Source of the DNA: Candidatus Heimdallarchaeota archaeon
Lineage (GTDB): Archaea > Asgardarchaeota > Heimdallarchaeia > JABLTI01
Assembly: GCA_019058275.1 (NCBI GenBank)
Contig: JAHLVW010000102.1
Location: 1 to 27,064, forward strand
Length of the DNA stretch: 27,064 nucleotides
Direction of reading: 5' to 3'
Shown: piece after piece, positions 16,882 through 25,428 of the stretch
Layout: every line of letters starts with the position of its first letter
Position numbering within the stretch: position 1 is the stretch's first letter
Translations under genes and position numbers: made by a program
The notes under the pieces: model-generated
What the model saw: the letters and a program-made list of their open reading frames with translations, nothing else
What the model was told of the DNA's origin: nothing
The model's database searches: none

Positions 16882-18219
16882 TTGAATGGTAAAGAAATAG
16901 TTCAACAAATCCGACAGAAAATGAGAGATCATCATGGGCTTTTTGCTCGTTCCATTCCTCTAATTGCTTCAGAAAATATTACTAGCAATGAAGTTCGAGA
17001 AGCAACGTTGTGTGATTTCTCACACCGTTATGCGGAAGGATGGCCTGGAGAAAGAGTATATGCAGGATGTCAATACATAGATGACGTTGAGTTTATTTGT
17101 ATGGATCTTGCAAAAGAAGTGTTTAAAGCAGATTTTGCAGATGTGAGACCCATTTCTGGAGTCGTAGCAAATCTTGTACTTTACTCAGCGTTTACCAATC
17201 CTGGAGATATTAGTATGTCAATTAGCATACCAAATGGAGGACACATATCAACAGGACCATTACACACAAAAAAAGGAGCCTTCATGGGAGGAACTGCAGG
17301 AGCAGTAAGAGGATTAAATGTTCAATATATACCATTTGATAGAAGAGCTTTGGTAGTTGATATAGAAAAAGCTGAGGAAGCAATAAAAGAATTAAAACCA
17401 AAATTATTGCACTTTGGTGCGTCAGTATTTCTATTCCCACACCCAGTTGAGAATCTTGCACCAGTTGCTAAAGACCTAGGAGCAACAGTAACATATGACG
17501 CAGCACATGTTTCTGGACTAATTGCATGTGGTTACTTCCAAAATCCACTTAAAGAAGGAGTGGAAGCAATGTCATTTTCAACTCATAAAACAATGTTCGG
17601 ACCTCAACATGGATGTGTTGTAGCAACTTCTGACAAAGAAGAATTTTACGATAAAATAAAACGAGCAACCTTCCCAGGAATGACAAGTAACCATCATTTG
17701 CATAATGTAGCTGCATTGGCAATTACACTTGCTGAAATCAAAGAATTTGGAAAAGATTATGGTGGGCAAGTTGTTAAGAACTCACAAGCATTGGCTAAAG
17801 CACTAGAAAGTGAAGGATTCAGAGTCTGCGGTAAAGAAAGAGGATTCACAAAATCACATACTTTGTTAGTAGATATAAGTTCTCTACAAGAAAATGCTGG
17901 TTTAGGAAAAGACATAGAAGAAGATCTTGAAGAAGCAGACATTATTCTCAATCGCAACTTACTCCCGTGGGATATGTTTGAAGGAAGGAACTACCTTAAT
18001 CCCGGTGGCATTCGTATGGGTACTTCTGAAATAACTCGCTTAGGTATGAAAGAAGGTGAAATGAAGGAAATCGCCAAATTCATTAGAAGAGTTGTTATTG
18101 ACCGCGAAGATACCAAGAAAATTGCTAAAGAAGTTAACGCTTTCAGAAAGAACTATCAACAGCTTCATTATTGCTTTAGTTCTAATGAAGATGCTTATAG
18201 ATATATTGAGATTTATTAA
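16882..18219 (+). CDS. glyA: Serine hydroxymethyltransferase (archaeal type)
   Basis: LIASEN, RYAEG..GERVYAG, DVRPISGVVAN, GGHIS, YDAAH, STHKT (PLP lysine), FPG.TSNHHL and GIRMGT. Confidence 0.96.
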   Translation: MNGKEIVQQIRQKMRDHHGLFARSIPLIASENITSNEVREATLCDFSHRYAEGWPGERVYAGCQYIDDVEFICMDLAKEVFKADFADVRPISGVVANLVLYSAFTNPGDISMSISIPNGGHISTGPLHTKKGAFMGGTAGAVRGLNVQYIPFDRRALVVDIEKAEEAIKELKPKLLHFGASVFLFPHPVENLAPVAKDLGATVTYDAAHVSGLIACGYFQNPLKEGVEAMSFSTHKTMFGPQHGCVVATSDKEEFYDKIKRATFPGMTSNHHLHNVAALAITLAEIKEFGKDYGGQVVKNSQALAKALESEGFRVCGKERGFTKSHTLLVDISSLQENAGLGKDIEEDLEEADIILNRNLLPWDMFEGRNYLNPGGIRMGTSEITRLGMKEGEMKEIAKFIRRVVIDREDTKKIAKEVNAFRKNYQQLHYCFSSNEDAYRYIEIY

Positions 18220-18229
18220 TTCTTTAACT

Positions 18230-18268
18230 AAGGGGGGGTTTTCTTCCCCTTCTTATTCTTTATTTTTT
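18230..18268 (+). terminator. Putative terminator after glyA (G/C hairpin plus T-rich tract)
   Basis: AAGGGGGG...TTCCCCTT stem directly followed by CTTATTCTTTATTTTTT, about 10 nt after the glyA stop. Confidence 0.5.
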
Positions 18269-18405
18269 GCTCGTTTAATTTCAAGCTGTAGAAATATTCC
18301 GACATAAAACCTATTTTGTAATAAAAACCTTTAAAATGGACTTTAGAGTAAAAAGGATTTGTTAGAATCAATGTTTTCATTTAATATTGTTAAGGTGACA
18401 ATCTA

Positions 18406-18639
18406 ATGGCAAGACATAGAAGAACAAACCTTCCTTTAGCTCCTATAGAGCGAATAATCAAAGAATCTACTAATATGCTTGTAAGCGAAAGCGCAGCTGA
18501 AGAGCTTCGTAAAGTCTTAAGTGATGTTGCTGAGGAGCTATCAATAGATGCTGGAGAGCTAGCTGTTTTTGCGAAAAGAAAGACCATTAAAGATCGAGAT
18601 ATTGCTTTAGCATTTAGAAATATGAAGAAAGTTCGGTAA
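18406..18639 (+). CDS. Archaeal histone (HMf-like), divergent variant
   Basis: LPLAPIERIIK...VSESA...AKRKTIKDRDIALA histone fold. AAGGTGA RBS upstream. Confidence 0.95.
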   Translation: MARHRRTNLPLAPIERIIKESTNMLVSESAAEELRKVLSDVAEELSIDAGELAVFAKRKTIKDRDIALAFRNMKKVR

Positions 18640-18735
18640 AAACATCGATTTTTTCTTATCTTCTCATACTTTGTTATAATGCTAATTTTTTTAAAATACT
18701 ATTTCATCTAGCAATATGGAACTTGTCGAACTTAA

Positions 18736-20397
18736 ATGACATTAAGAATGATAAATAGCTGGTGCTCACAATTGTCTCAGAAAATCACTTTGGAAGATCT
18801 TATTCGTATCTTTGGTGAAGATATTATTCCATCCGAAATTGATCGTAAAATCTTAATGAAACACTTTGATGTTGGAGTTAATCGAATTATTGGCGATAAA
18901 TCTATTGACAAAGTAAAAGCCGTTTTACTTTCAGCAATTGAAGCTGCGAAAACAGTGCAATTTAAGGATAGAGGAGGAGTAATTAGTTCTCCCGCAGCTA
19001 GACTAGCACCTAAGATAACCGCTAAAGTAGAAGGCGTTCAGGCTGAGAAAGAAGCAGATACTCAGCAAAGTGATAGGTACGGATTAAATTCAATTAGAAA
19101 GGGGTTTGTTTCAAGAAGATTAGAAGAGAAGGTTTCGCCATTTGAAGAGGATGATTCTATTGGTATTGAAAGAAGTGAACCAATGGACAAAGGAACAGTT
19201 AGTAACAAGGTTGGATCAGAAATTGAAAAGGATTCTATGATACCTTCTGTAGAGGACTTGACAGTTCTATCTGGAGGACAAAGAAAACGAATAGATTTAG
19301 ATAGTGATAATGCAAATCTAGCAGGTCATGTTCAACGTGAAATCTCCATTAGAGATTATAAGGTACAAGATGAAGGAAGAAGTGTTAGATGGGGTAAAGA
19401 TAAGATAACAGATAGAAAAGGTGAATTACAAGAAATTAATCACCCATCATATATTTTTCATTCTGATTTGTGGCAAATAGAAGTAGCCAGGTCTATCAAT
19501 GCAGAACACCGTTGTGATATTTTACAACATGTTGTTTTAGATATGGTAGCTAACAACATAAACGTTGTAATGTTAGAGCATGAAGCAGAACCCTTCTTTG
19601 TAGTAGAAGGACATGGATTACTTTATTCCAAAGAGACTTTGAAAGATAAAGTTCGAATTCGTGAATTAATTCAGCTAATGATAATATCTTCTGATGCTTG
19701 GCAAATTGCATTAAGACGTCCCGAATCAATGATCAAAGGAAAAGATGCTCAAGGTAAAGAGAAAACACATGCAATAGATATGACAAGTGTAATACCTCTA
19801 GCAGATATACGAAATAAAATAATTGGATTAGATAACCAATTCAAAGCTAGCTATCATCAACCTGATCAGATTATCAAAAAAACGTTGCAGGAATTACAAA
19901 AACATCGCAAAAACGTCATCTGGACTTGTGGTTCAAAACTAATCGACAATCTTAGAAGTGCTATTAATGAGCATCGGCAACTAATTGAAAATCCTAACCA
20001 AACTTTAAATGTAGTAATAGTTGGAACTGAACAAGCATTTCATCCTATGAAAATAAAATATAAACTATCAGGTGAGATTTCTTTTCAAGAGCTTTTCCCT
20101 GGTTACTGCAAAAAACATCAGATTTTAAGCGACATTTCACTGAAAAACATATTTGGTAGCATTCCAGCTATCTATGACACTCATGGTATTGAGTCTTGGG
20201 AAAGTGAAATTCCAAAAATCGCTCATGCAGTTTATCAAAGATTGGGATTTAGTGCTATTGAAAATCATTTTGATCTTGGATACATTAAAGGCAATCCAAG
20301 TGATATGTTACCAATTGGTAAAATGGATATAATTCTCCCCTTAATTGAAGACGAGCTACAAGAAAAACTTGAGAAAAAAGGTTTCTATTTTGACTAA
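18736..20397 (+). CDS. Hypothetical protein (small N-terminal helical domain, charged linker, C-terminal alpha/beta domain)
   Basis: 553-aa uninterrupted ORF co-oriented with its neighbours; no family motif recognised. Confidence 0.8.
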   Translation: MTLRMINSWCSQLSQKITLEDLIRIFGEDIIPSEIDRKILMKHFDVGVNRIIGDKSIDKVKAVLLSAIEAAKTVQFKDRGGVISSPAARLAPKITAKVEGVQAEKEADTQQSDRYGLNSIRKGFVSRRLEEKVSPFEEDDSIGIERSEPMDKGTVSNKVGSEIEKDSMIPSVEDLTVLSGGQRKRIDLDSDNANLAGHVQREISIRDYKVQDEGRSVRWGKDKITDRKGELQEINHPSYIFHSDLWQIEVARSINAEHRCDILQHVVLDMVANNINVVMLEHEAEPFFVVEGHGLLYSKETLKDKVRIRELIQLMIISSDAWQIALRRPESMIKGKDAQGKEKTHAIDMTSVIPLADIRNKIIGLDNQFKASYHQPDQIIKKTLQELQKHRKNVIWTCGSKLIDNLRSAINEHRQLIENPNQTLNVVIVGTEQAFHPMKIKYKLSGEISFQELFPGYCKKHQILSDISLKNIFGSIPAIYDTHGIESWESEIPKIAHAVYQRLGFSAIENHFDLGYIKGNPSDMLPIGKMDIILPLIEDELQEKLEKKGFYFD

Positions 20398-20442
20398 AAT
20401 TATATACTCGAAATTCTTGGATGCTATTAGAGGAAAAACTGA

Positions 20443-21792
20443 ATGAAAAAAGTTCTTCATATTGGCATTGATGATACAGATTCATTAAAAGGATCATGTA
20501 CTACCCATTTAGCAACTGTAATTATCAATGAAATTGCCAATCAAGTAGATTTCTTAGATTTTCCAAATTTAATTAGGTTAAATCCAAATATTCCTTACAA
20601 AACAAGAGGAAATGGTGCTGTAGCAATTAGAGTGGATGGAGAAGAGAAGGATTTGGAAAATGCTCGAGAGCTTGTAATAAGAAAAGTAAAAGAAATGGCT
20701 AAACTAGATGATGAGAATACAAATCCAGGAATTGCTTTTCTATCAGATGAAATCACCAGTGCAGTAAAAGAATTCTCAAAAAGAGCATTGTGGGATATCA
20801 TTTCTATACCTGAAGCAGAAAAATTCAATTCATTCGCTAATATCGATTTAGTAAAATTTGGTAATGGAAGAGGAATTATCGGAGCATTAGGATCTATTGG
20901 CAATCCACTTAATGACGATTTTACATATGAGCATTTGACATATCGAAGTCCAGAAAAATATGGTACTAAAAGATTAATCGATCGAGATAGTATTATTGCA
21001 GCAGACAAAGCAACTCCCTTAACATTCAGTAATGTAGATTATGATTACAATTCAATCATGATTACCCCAAGGGGAGCAGATCCTGTATTCACAGGGATTA
21101 GAGGGGAAACAGCAGAGGAAGTAATGAAAGCTTGGTGTATTATTAAACCTCTAGAAGAAATTACTATGAGGATGATTTTCAGAACGAATCAACACACAAA
21201 TCAGCATTTTGTTAAGGAATTTAAAATCAATGAATTAAAACCGCACCTCTCCATTATTACTCAAGGAAAAGTATCTAAGAACCCATACTATATTGAAGGC
21301 AGTCATCTTATTTTCCCAATTAAGGATAATACTGGGGAAATTGATTGTGCAGCTTATGAACCTACAAAGAAATTCAGAGGAGAACTAAATAATCTCATCA
21401 TTGGTGATGAAGTTACTGTTTTTGGTGGCGTCCGTCCTCCTGCTGAAAAACACCCACTTACAATTAATATTGAAAGATTAAGAGTTGATATACTGGAAAA
21501 AACCTTCTCATATGAAAATCCATTTTGTGATGAATGTAGCGCTCGTTTAAAATCTGCAGGTAAAAATAAAGGTTATAAATGTCACAAGTGTTCAGCTGTC
21601 TATAGAAACAAAAAACCTATTGAGAAGCTAGTACCTAGAAAGTTAGCTTTACAAGAATATTTACCACCAATTATTGCTCACCGTCATCTTACAAGACCTA
21701 GAAGTAGAGAAAAAAGAGATAACTCGAACAAACAAAAATCCAAAGAGGATGTTAATAAGATTCTCAATTTATTGTTTAGCTCATCAAAATAG
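20443..21792 (+). CDS. tiaS: tRNA(Ile2) agmatidine synthetase
   Basis: IGIDDTDS..G.CTT, LIRLNPNIPYKTRGNGAV, GRGIIGA, PRGADPVFTGIRG, TNQHT, OB region with AAYEPT, and zinc ribbon CDEC...CHKC. Confidence 0.96.
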   Translation: MKKVLHIGIDDTDSLKGSCTTHLATVIINEIANQVDFLDFPNLIRLNPNIPYKTRGNGAVAIRVDGEEKDLENARELVIRKVKEMAKLDDENTNPGIAFLSDEITSAVKEFSKRALWDIISIPEAEKFNSFANIDLVKFGNGRGIIGALGSIGNPLNDDFTYEHLTYRSPEKYGTKRLIDRDSIIAADKATPLTFSNVDYDYNSIMITPRGADPVFTGIRGETAEEVMKAWCIIKPLEEITMRMIFRTNQHTNQHFVKEFKINELKPHLSIITQGKVSKNPYYIEGSHLIFPIKDNTGEIDCAAYEPTKKFRGELNNLIIGDEVTVFGGVRPPAEKHPLTINIERLRVDILEKTFSYENPFCDECSARLKSAGKNKGYKCHKCSAVYRNKKPIEKLVPRKLALQEYLPPIIAHRHLTRPRSREKRDNSNKQKSKEDVNKILNLLFSSSK

Positions 21793-21924
21793 TTAACACT
21801 ATTGTATTTTGTTTGTTTAAAGTGATAAAGATAAGCATGAAAAAACTCTGACAAAGCATAAAGTTTTAATAAAATCTTAAGGAAAACAACTGTAGATATG
21901 AGTTTTATTGGAGGAAATTTCCTT

Positions 21925-22365
21925 TTGATTAAAATTGGTGAATATGAATTTGATGAAAACTTGCATTATTTCACAGGTGGAGATGGTCACATCTGGTTGA
22001 AAAAACTTGATAATGGGAAAGTCCAAGTAGGATTCGACGACTTTGGTCAAAAATTAGCAGGAAAAATACTTTTTGTTAGAACTGTTCCTGTTGGAAAAGA
22101 AAGACCAAAAGGTAAAAGCTTGGGAACTATTGAAACTGGTAAATATGTAGGTGCACTTCGTTGTCCCGTAACAGGAACAATAGTTGAAATCAATCCTGAT
22201 ATCAAAGAAAGTCCAGGTCTAATTAATGATGATCCTTATGGCAAGGGTTGGATTGCTATAATTGATCCAAATAACCTTGAGGAAGATCTAAAAACAGAAT
22301 TTGTTTTTGGTGAAGCTGATTTAAAGGTATGGATAGAAAAAGAAGTTGCAGAACACGTTAAATAG
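21925..22365 (+). CDS. gcvH: Glycine cleavage H-like lipoyl carrier protein (GcvH/LbpA-like)
   Basis: HIW, VGFDDFGQKLAGKI, IETGK (lipoyl Lys), PVTGTIVEIN and PGLINDDPYGKGWI. TTG 21925 follows GGAGG; the track start is 21898. Confidence 0.9.
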   Translation: MIKIGEYEFDENLHYFTGGDGHIWLKKLDNGKVQVGFDDFGQKLAGKILFVRTVPVGKERPKGKSLGTIETGKYVGALRCPVTGTIVEINPDIKESPGLINDDPYGKGWIAIIDPNNLEEDLKTEFVFGEADLKVWIEKEVAEHVK

Positions 22366-22399
22366 ATCAATTTAATGATCTATTTATTTTCTCTATTTT

Positions 22400-22621
22400 T
22401 TAGTATCCACCAGCTACTATCTGGGTAATTATTACTTTATCATTATTTTCTACTTCATGATCATATGAAGCAGCTTGTTCATTAACAATGATTGCTATTA
22501 GGTTTATAGGTATATCAGTAAAATCTAGAAGCTCATTTAATCTCTTTTTACCTTCAAAGTTGATTTCTTTTTCTTCGAAACCAAACATCTTTTTAGCAAA
22601 ACCAATTGTTCTAATTTTCAT
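22400..22621 (-). CDS. MoaD/ThiS/SAMP-like ubiquitin-fold protein ending in GG-Y
   Basis: 73 aa with beta-grasp pattern AIIVNE....D..V.NNDKVII...VAGG, followed by TAC TAA. Confidence 0.88.
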   Translation of the reverse strand: MKIRTIGFAKKMFGFEEKEINFEGKKRLNELLDFTDIPINLIAIIVNEQAASYDHEVENNDKVIITQIVAGGY

Positions 22622-22779
22622 AATTACTCACTGATTTAAAATAACTTCTTGTGAAATTAAGCATTGCTATTTATGAAATAATTATTTTCTCTTGTCAAAT
22701 ATGATTTTCTTTAGGTTAGTTTATTCACGAAAAGAATATTAACAATTAATGCGAATTGAAACTTTAGACATAGGAGTTA

Positions 22780-23613
22780 GTGTTACAATTGATAGATTAT
22801 GATAATAATTTCCTAAAGAAATATCAAAAAGCCAAGGATGAAAAGGACTCCATACTCTGTGCAGGATTTGATCCGGCAATACCCAATCAACGTGATAAAA
22901 ATACTCTCTCAGAGAAATATTTTGAAAACGTATCAATTGAGGAAGGTATTTTAGTCTTTTTTGAAGAGTTTCTAGAGAGTGTTCAAGATTATTGCTGCGC
23001 TGTTAAACCTAATAATCAATACATCTTTCATTTTGGATTAAAAACATATCAAAAAATGAATAAGATGATCCATAAGCAAGGATTAGTTTCAATATTAGAT
23101 CAGAAAATAGGAGACATTGGTTCATCTAATGAAGCTGGTTTTTACTGGATGAATGAAATGGGATTTGATGCAGTTACCTATTCACCTTTCGCAGGTAATA
23201 TTATAGAAAGCATAAATTCTGCACATAAGGTAGGTATGGGACATATTACTCTTACATTAATGTCTAATCCAGATGCAATCTACTTTATGAAAGATTCAGT
23301 TATTGAAGGACAAAAGGGATATGAATTCATTGCTAAAATGATAAATGAGCATAAAGGTGATGGCATTGTTGTTGGGGCTACAGGTCATGTAACGCAAGAT
23401 GATTTACAGAGAATAAGAAACCTTGCAGGAAATGACACAGTAATGCTTGTTCCGGGCATTGGTAAACAACAAGGTGATTTGAAGAAAGTAATTCATTTTG
23501 GTGGAGAAAATATCCTGCTTAATGTAGGTAGAGCAATTCTCTACTCTGACAATTTGAAAGAAAGTGCTGAGAATTATAATTCTAAATTTAATGATGTTAG
23601 AAAAGGAAAATAA
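22780..23613 (+). CDS. pyrF: Orotidine-5'-phosphate decarboxylase
   Basis: LCAGFDP, AVKPN, ILDQKIGDIGSS (DxKxxD), SNP, VVGAT, LVPGIGKQQG and NVGRAI. GTG start after AGGAG. Confidence 0.95.
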   Translation: MLQLIDYDNNFLKKYQKAKDEKDSILCAGFDPAIPNQRDKNTLSEKYFENVSIEEGILVFFEEFLESVQDYCCAVKPNNQYIFHFGLKTYQKMNKMIHKQGLVSILDQKIGDIGSSNEAGFYWMNEMGFDAVTYSPFAGNIIESINSAHKVGMGHITLTLMSNPDAIYFMKDSVIEGQKGYEFIAKMINEHKGDGIVVGATGHVTQDDLQRIRNLAGNDTVMLVPGIGKQQGDLKKVIHFGGENILLNVGRAILYSDNLKESAENYNSKFNDVRKGK

Positions 23614-23641
23614 TCCAATAAATGGTTATTTTCCAATTATC

Positions 23642-25204
23642 TTATCGTTGTATTCTACGATACAGTGCTACATGAGTGAAAGGCAACGAAATAACTTGAC
23701 TTTTTCTTACAAAACCAACTTCACTTAATTTTGCAGAATGTTCTTTACCTTCAACTGTAATTTTAGGTGCAGTTGGCTGTCGATTAAGATTACCTTTTAA
23801 AATCATTGAAACTGATAACTTATCTGCAACATCCCATGACATTTTCTTGGAATCACCAGGGGCAAGTTCTGATGGTAGATACTCAGTTGCATCTAAACCA
23901 CTTTCAATTTCATTAACAAGTGTACAAGATACTGGAGTTGAAACTGCTAATGTGCAGATATAAGTGTTTTCTTTCACAGTTGGTTCGATTATTTTTGTCA
24001 CATAAACATCATCTAAAATATCTTCACCCATTGGTACTTTGAAATCGATTTTCCATACAAGAGCTGACAAATCAATTTTATATTTCTGTAAGAATTTTGT
24101 TCCTGTTTCAACATTCGTTTGTACCTGTTGAGCATTTATGCCGTATTTTTGACCAAAATCAACAAAGCTCATTTCCTCTGTAACTGATTTATCGCTTATG
24201 CACGTTTCAGTTGGTATTAAATCCCTAACGATTAATTCATCTAATGTAACTGGAAGTAAATTAATTGCTTCAGATACAAAATAAATAGCAATTTTGCCAT
24301 CTTCATCTTCTTCTCTTAACAAGGAATTATAATCCTGAACAATTCTAATTTCTTCGCTTTTTCGAACCATAATCGTTCTAGGGATTCTCTTTTCAAGTGT
24401 ATAAAACGCTTTGATGTCTTCTCCTGAAGGTACTTTTGTAATTTTCCAAGTTACTTTTAATCCATCTTCAAGAAGTTCTTTCTTATATTTCCCGCCCTTT
24501 TTACATTGGACATCAATAATTTTGTAATTATAAGGAATGATATCTGATATGATAATATTCTTTAGTTCCTTCTCGGTTTCATTTTTGAATGAAGCAACTA
24601 ATTTGTGTTCTAGTATTTTCTCTGATGGAGTAATTTCTAGTTTGATCTTATCCTTATGATCTACTCCACCACTGTTTTTGTATGAAATCTTTCTATTTAC
24701 AGTATTGGAAACAGGTGTTTGATGTTTTTCCAGAAGATCATATAGTTCATCTTCTGATAATAAACGATCAGATGTTATAGCAATTAATTTTGCTAAAACG
24801 TCTGTTTCTATTGAAACTAAATCAGAAGGCTCTACATGTTCAATTGCAACTCTAGAAATTCTTTCTAATGCTTGAGAAACTTTCTTTATTATTTGGTATG
24901 CTTCTTCTTCATCTAATGTAATGTTTATTTTTCCTAAATAATCTGCAAACCAAACAGACATTCTACGATCGTTAATTGGAAGATTAGTTCTGTTTTGAAT
25001 AAACAATTTCAAATTCTTTGCTATTGTAAAGAGTGATCTTGCTTTCTGTCTCATAATTTGTTCGTCATTTTCATCATAAACCTTAACAACAGCTTCCAGC
25101 ATGTCAAAATTTTCAAACTCACCAATTGGAGTAATTGATAAAGAGATACTTGCAATTCCTGGAAACTTTACTATTACCGCTTCTTTGTCTTCTGGTTTGC
25201 TCAT
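23642..25204 (-). CDS. Hypothetical cytoplasmic protein with repeated beta-sandwich (DUF11/adaptin-like) modules
   Basis: Long ORF with repeated NxxxxxLxxxxxxDxIP...W/Y units and no signal peptide or TM segment. ATG 25204 follows GGTG; the track start is 25237. Confidence 0.75.
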   Translation of the reverse strand: MSKPEDKEAVIVKFPGIASISLSITPIGEFENFDMLEAVVKVYDENDEQIMRQKARSLFTIAKNLKLFIQNRTNLPINDRRMSVWFADYLGKINITLDEEEAYQIIKKVSQALERISRVAIEHVEPSDLVSIETDVLAKLIAITSDRLLSEDELYDLLEKHQTPVSNTVNRKISYKNSGGVDHKDKIKLEITPSEKILEHKLVASFKNETEKELKNIIISDIIPYNYKIIDVQCKKGGKYKKELLEDGLKVTWKITKVPSGEDIKAFYTLEKRIPRTIMVRKSEEIRIVQDYNSLLREEDEDGKIAIYFVSEAINLLPVTLDELIVRDLIPTETCISDKSVTEEMSFVDFGQKYGINAQQVQTNVETGTKFLQKYKIDLSALVWKIDFKVPMGEDILDDVYVTKIIEPTVKENTYICTLAVSTPVSCTLVNEIESGLDATEYLPSELAPGDSKKMSWDVADKLSVSMILKGNLNRQPTAPKITVEGKEHSAKLSEVGFVRKSQVISLPFTHVALYRRIQR

Positions 25205-25428
25205 TTTAAACACCATTATATTCTTGTTTCTTAACACTAAATTCTGCCTTTATATTAAATTTAGTTTTGAAGCACAAATATTCATAAGAATTTTTAAGAA
25301 TAAATCTTTTGAGGTTGGAACATTTTCTAGATATCTTCTTTCAAAACATTAATTTACTATGACTGAGGTTTAAAAAACTCGTGAACAATTAGTTGTTTAG
25401 GTGCCTTCCTAATAAATTGGAGTGAAAC

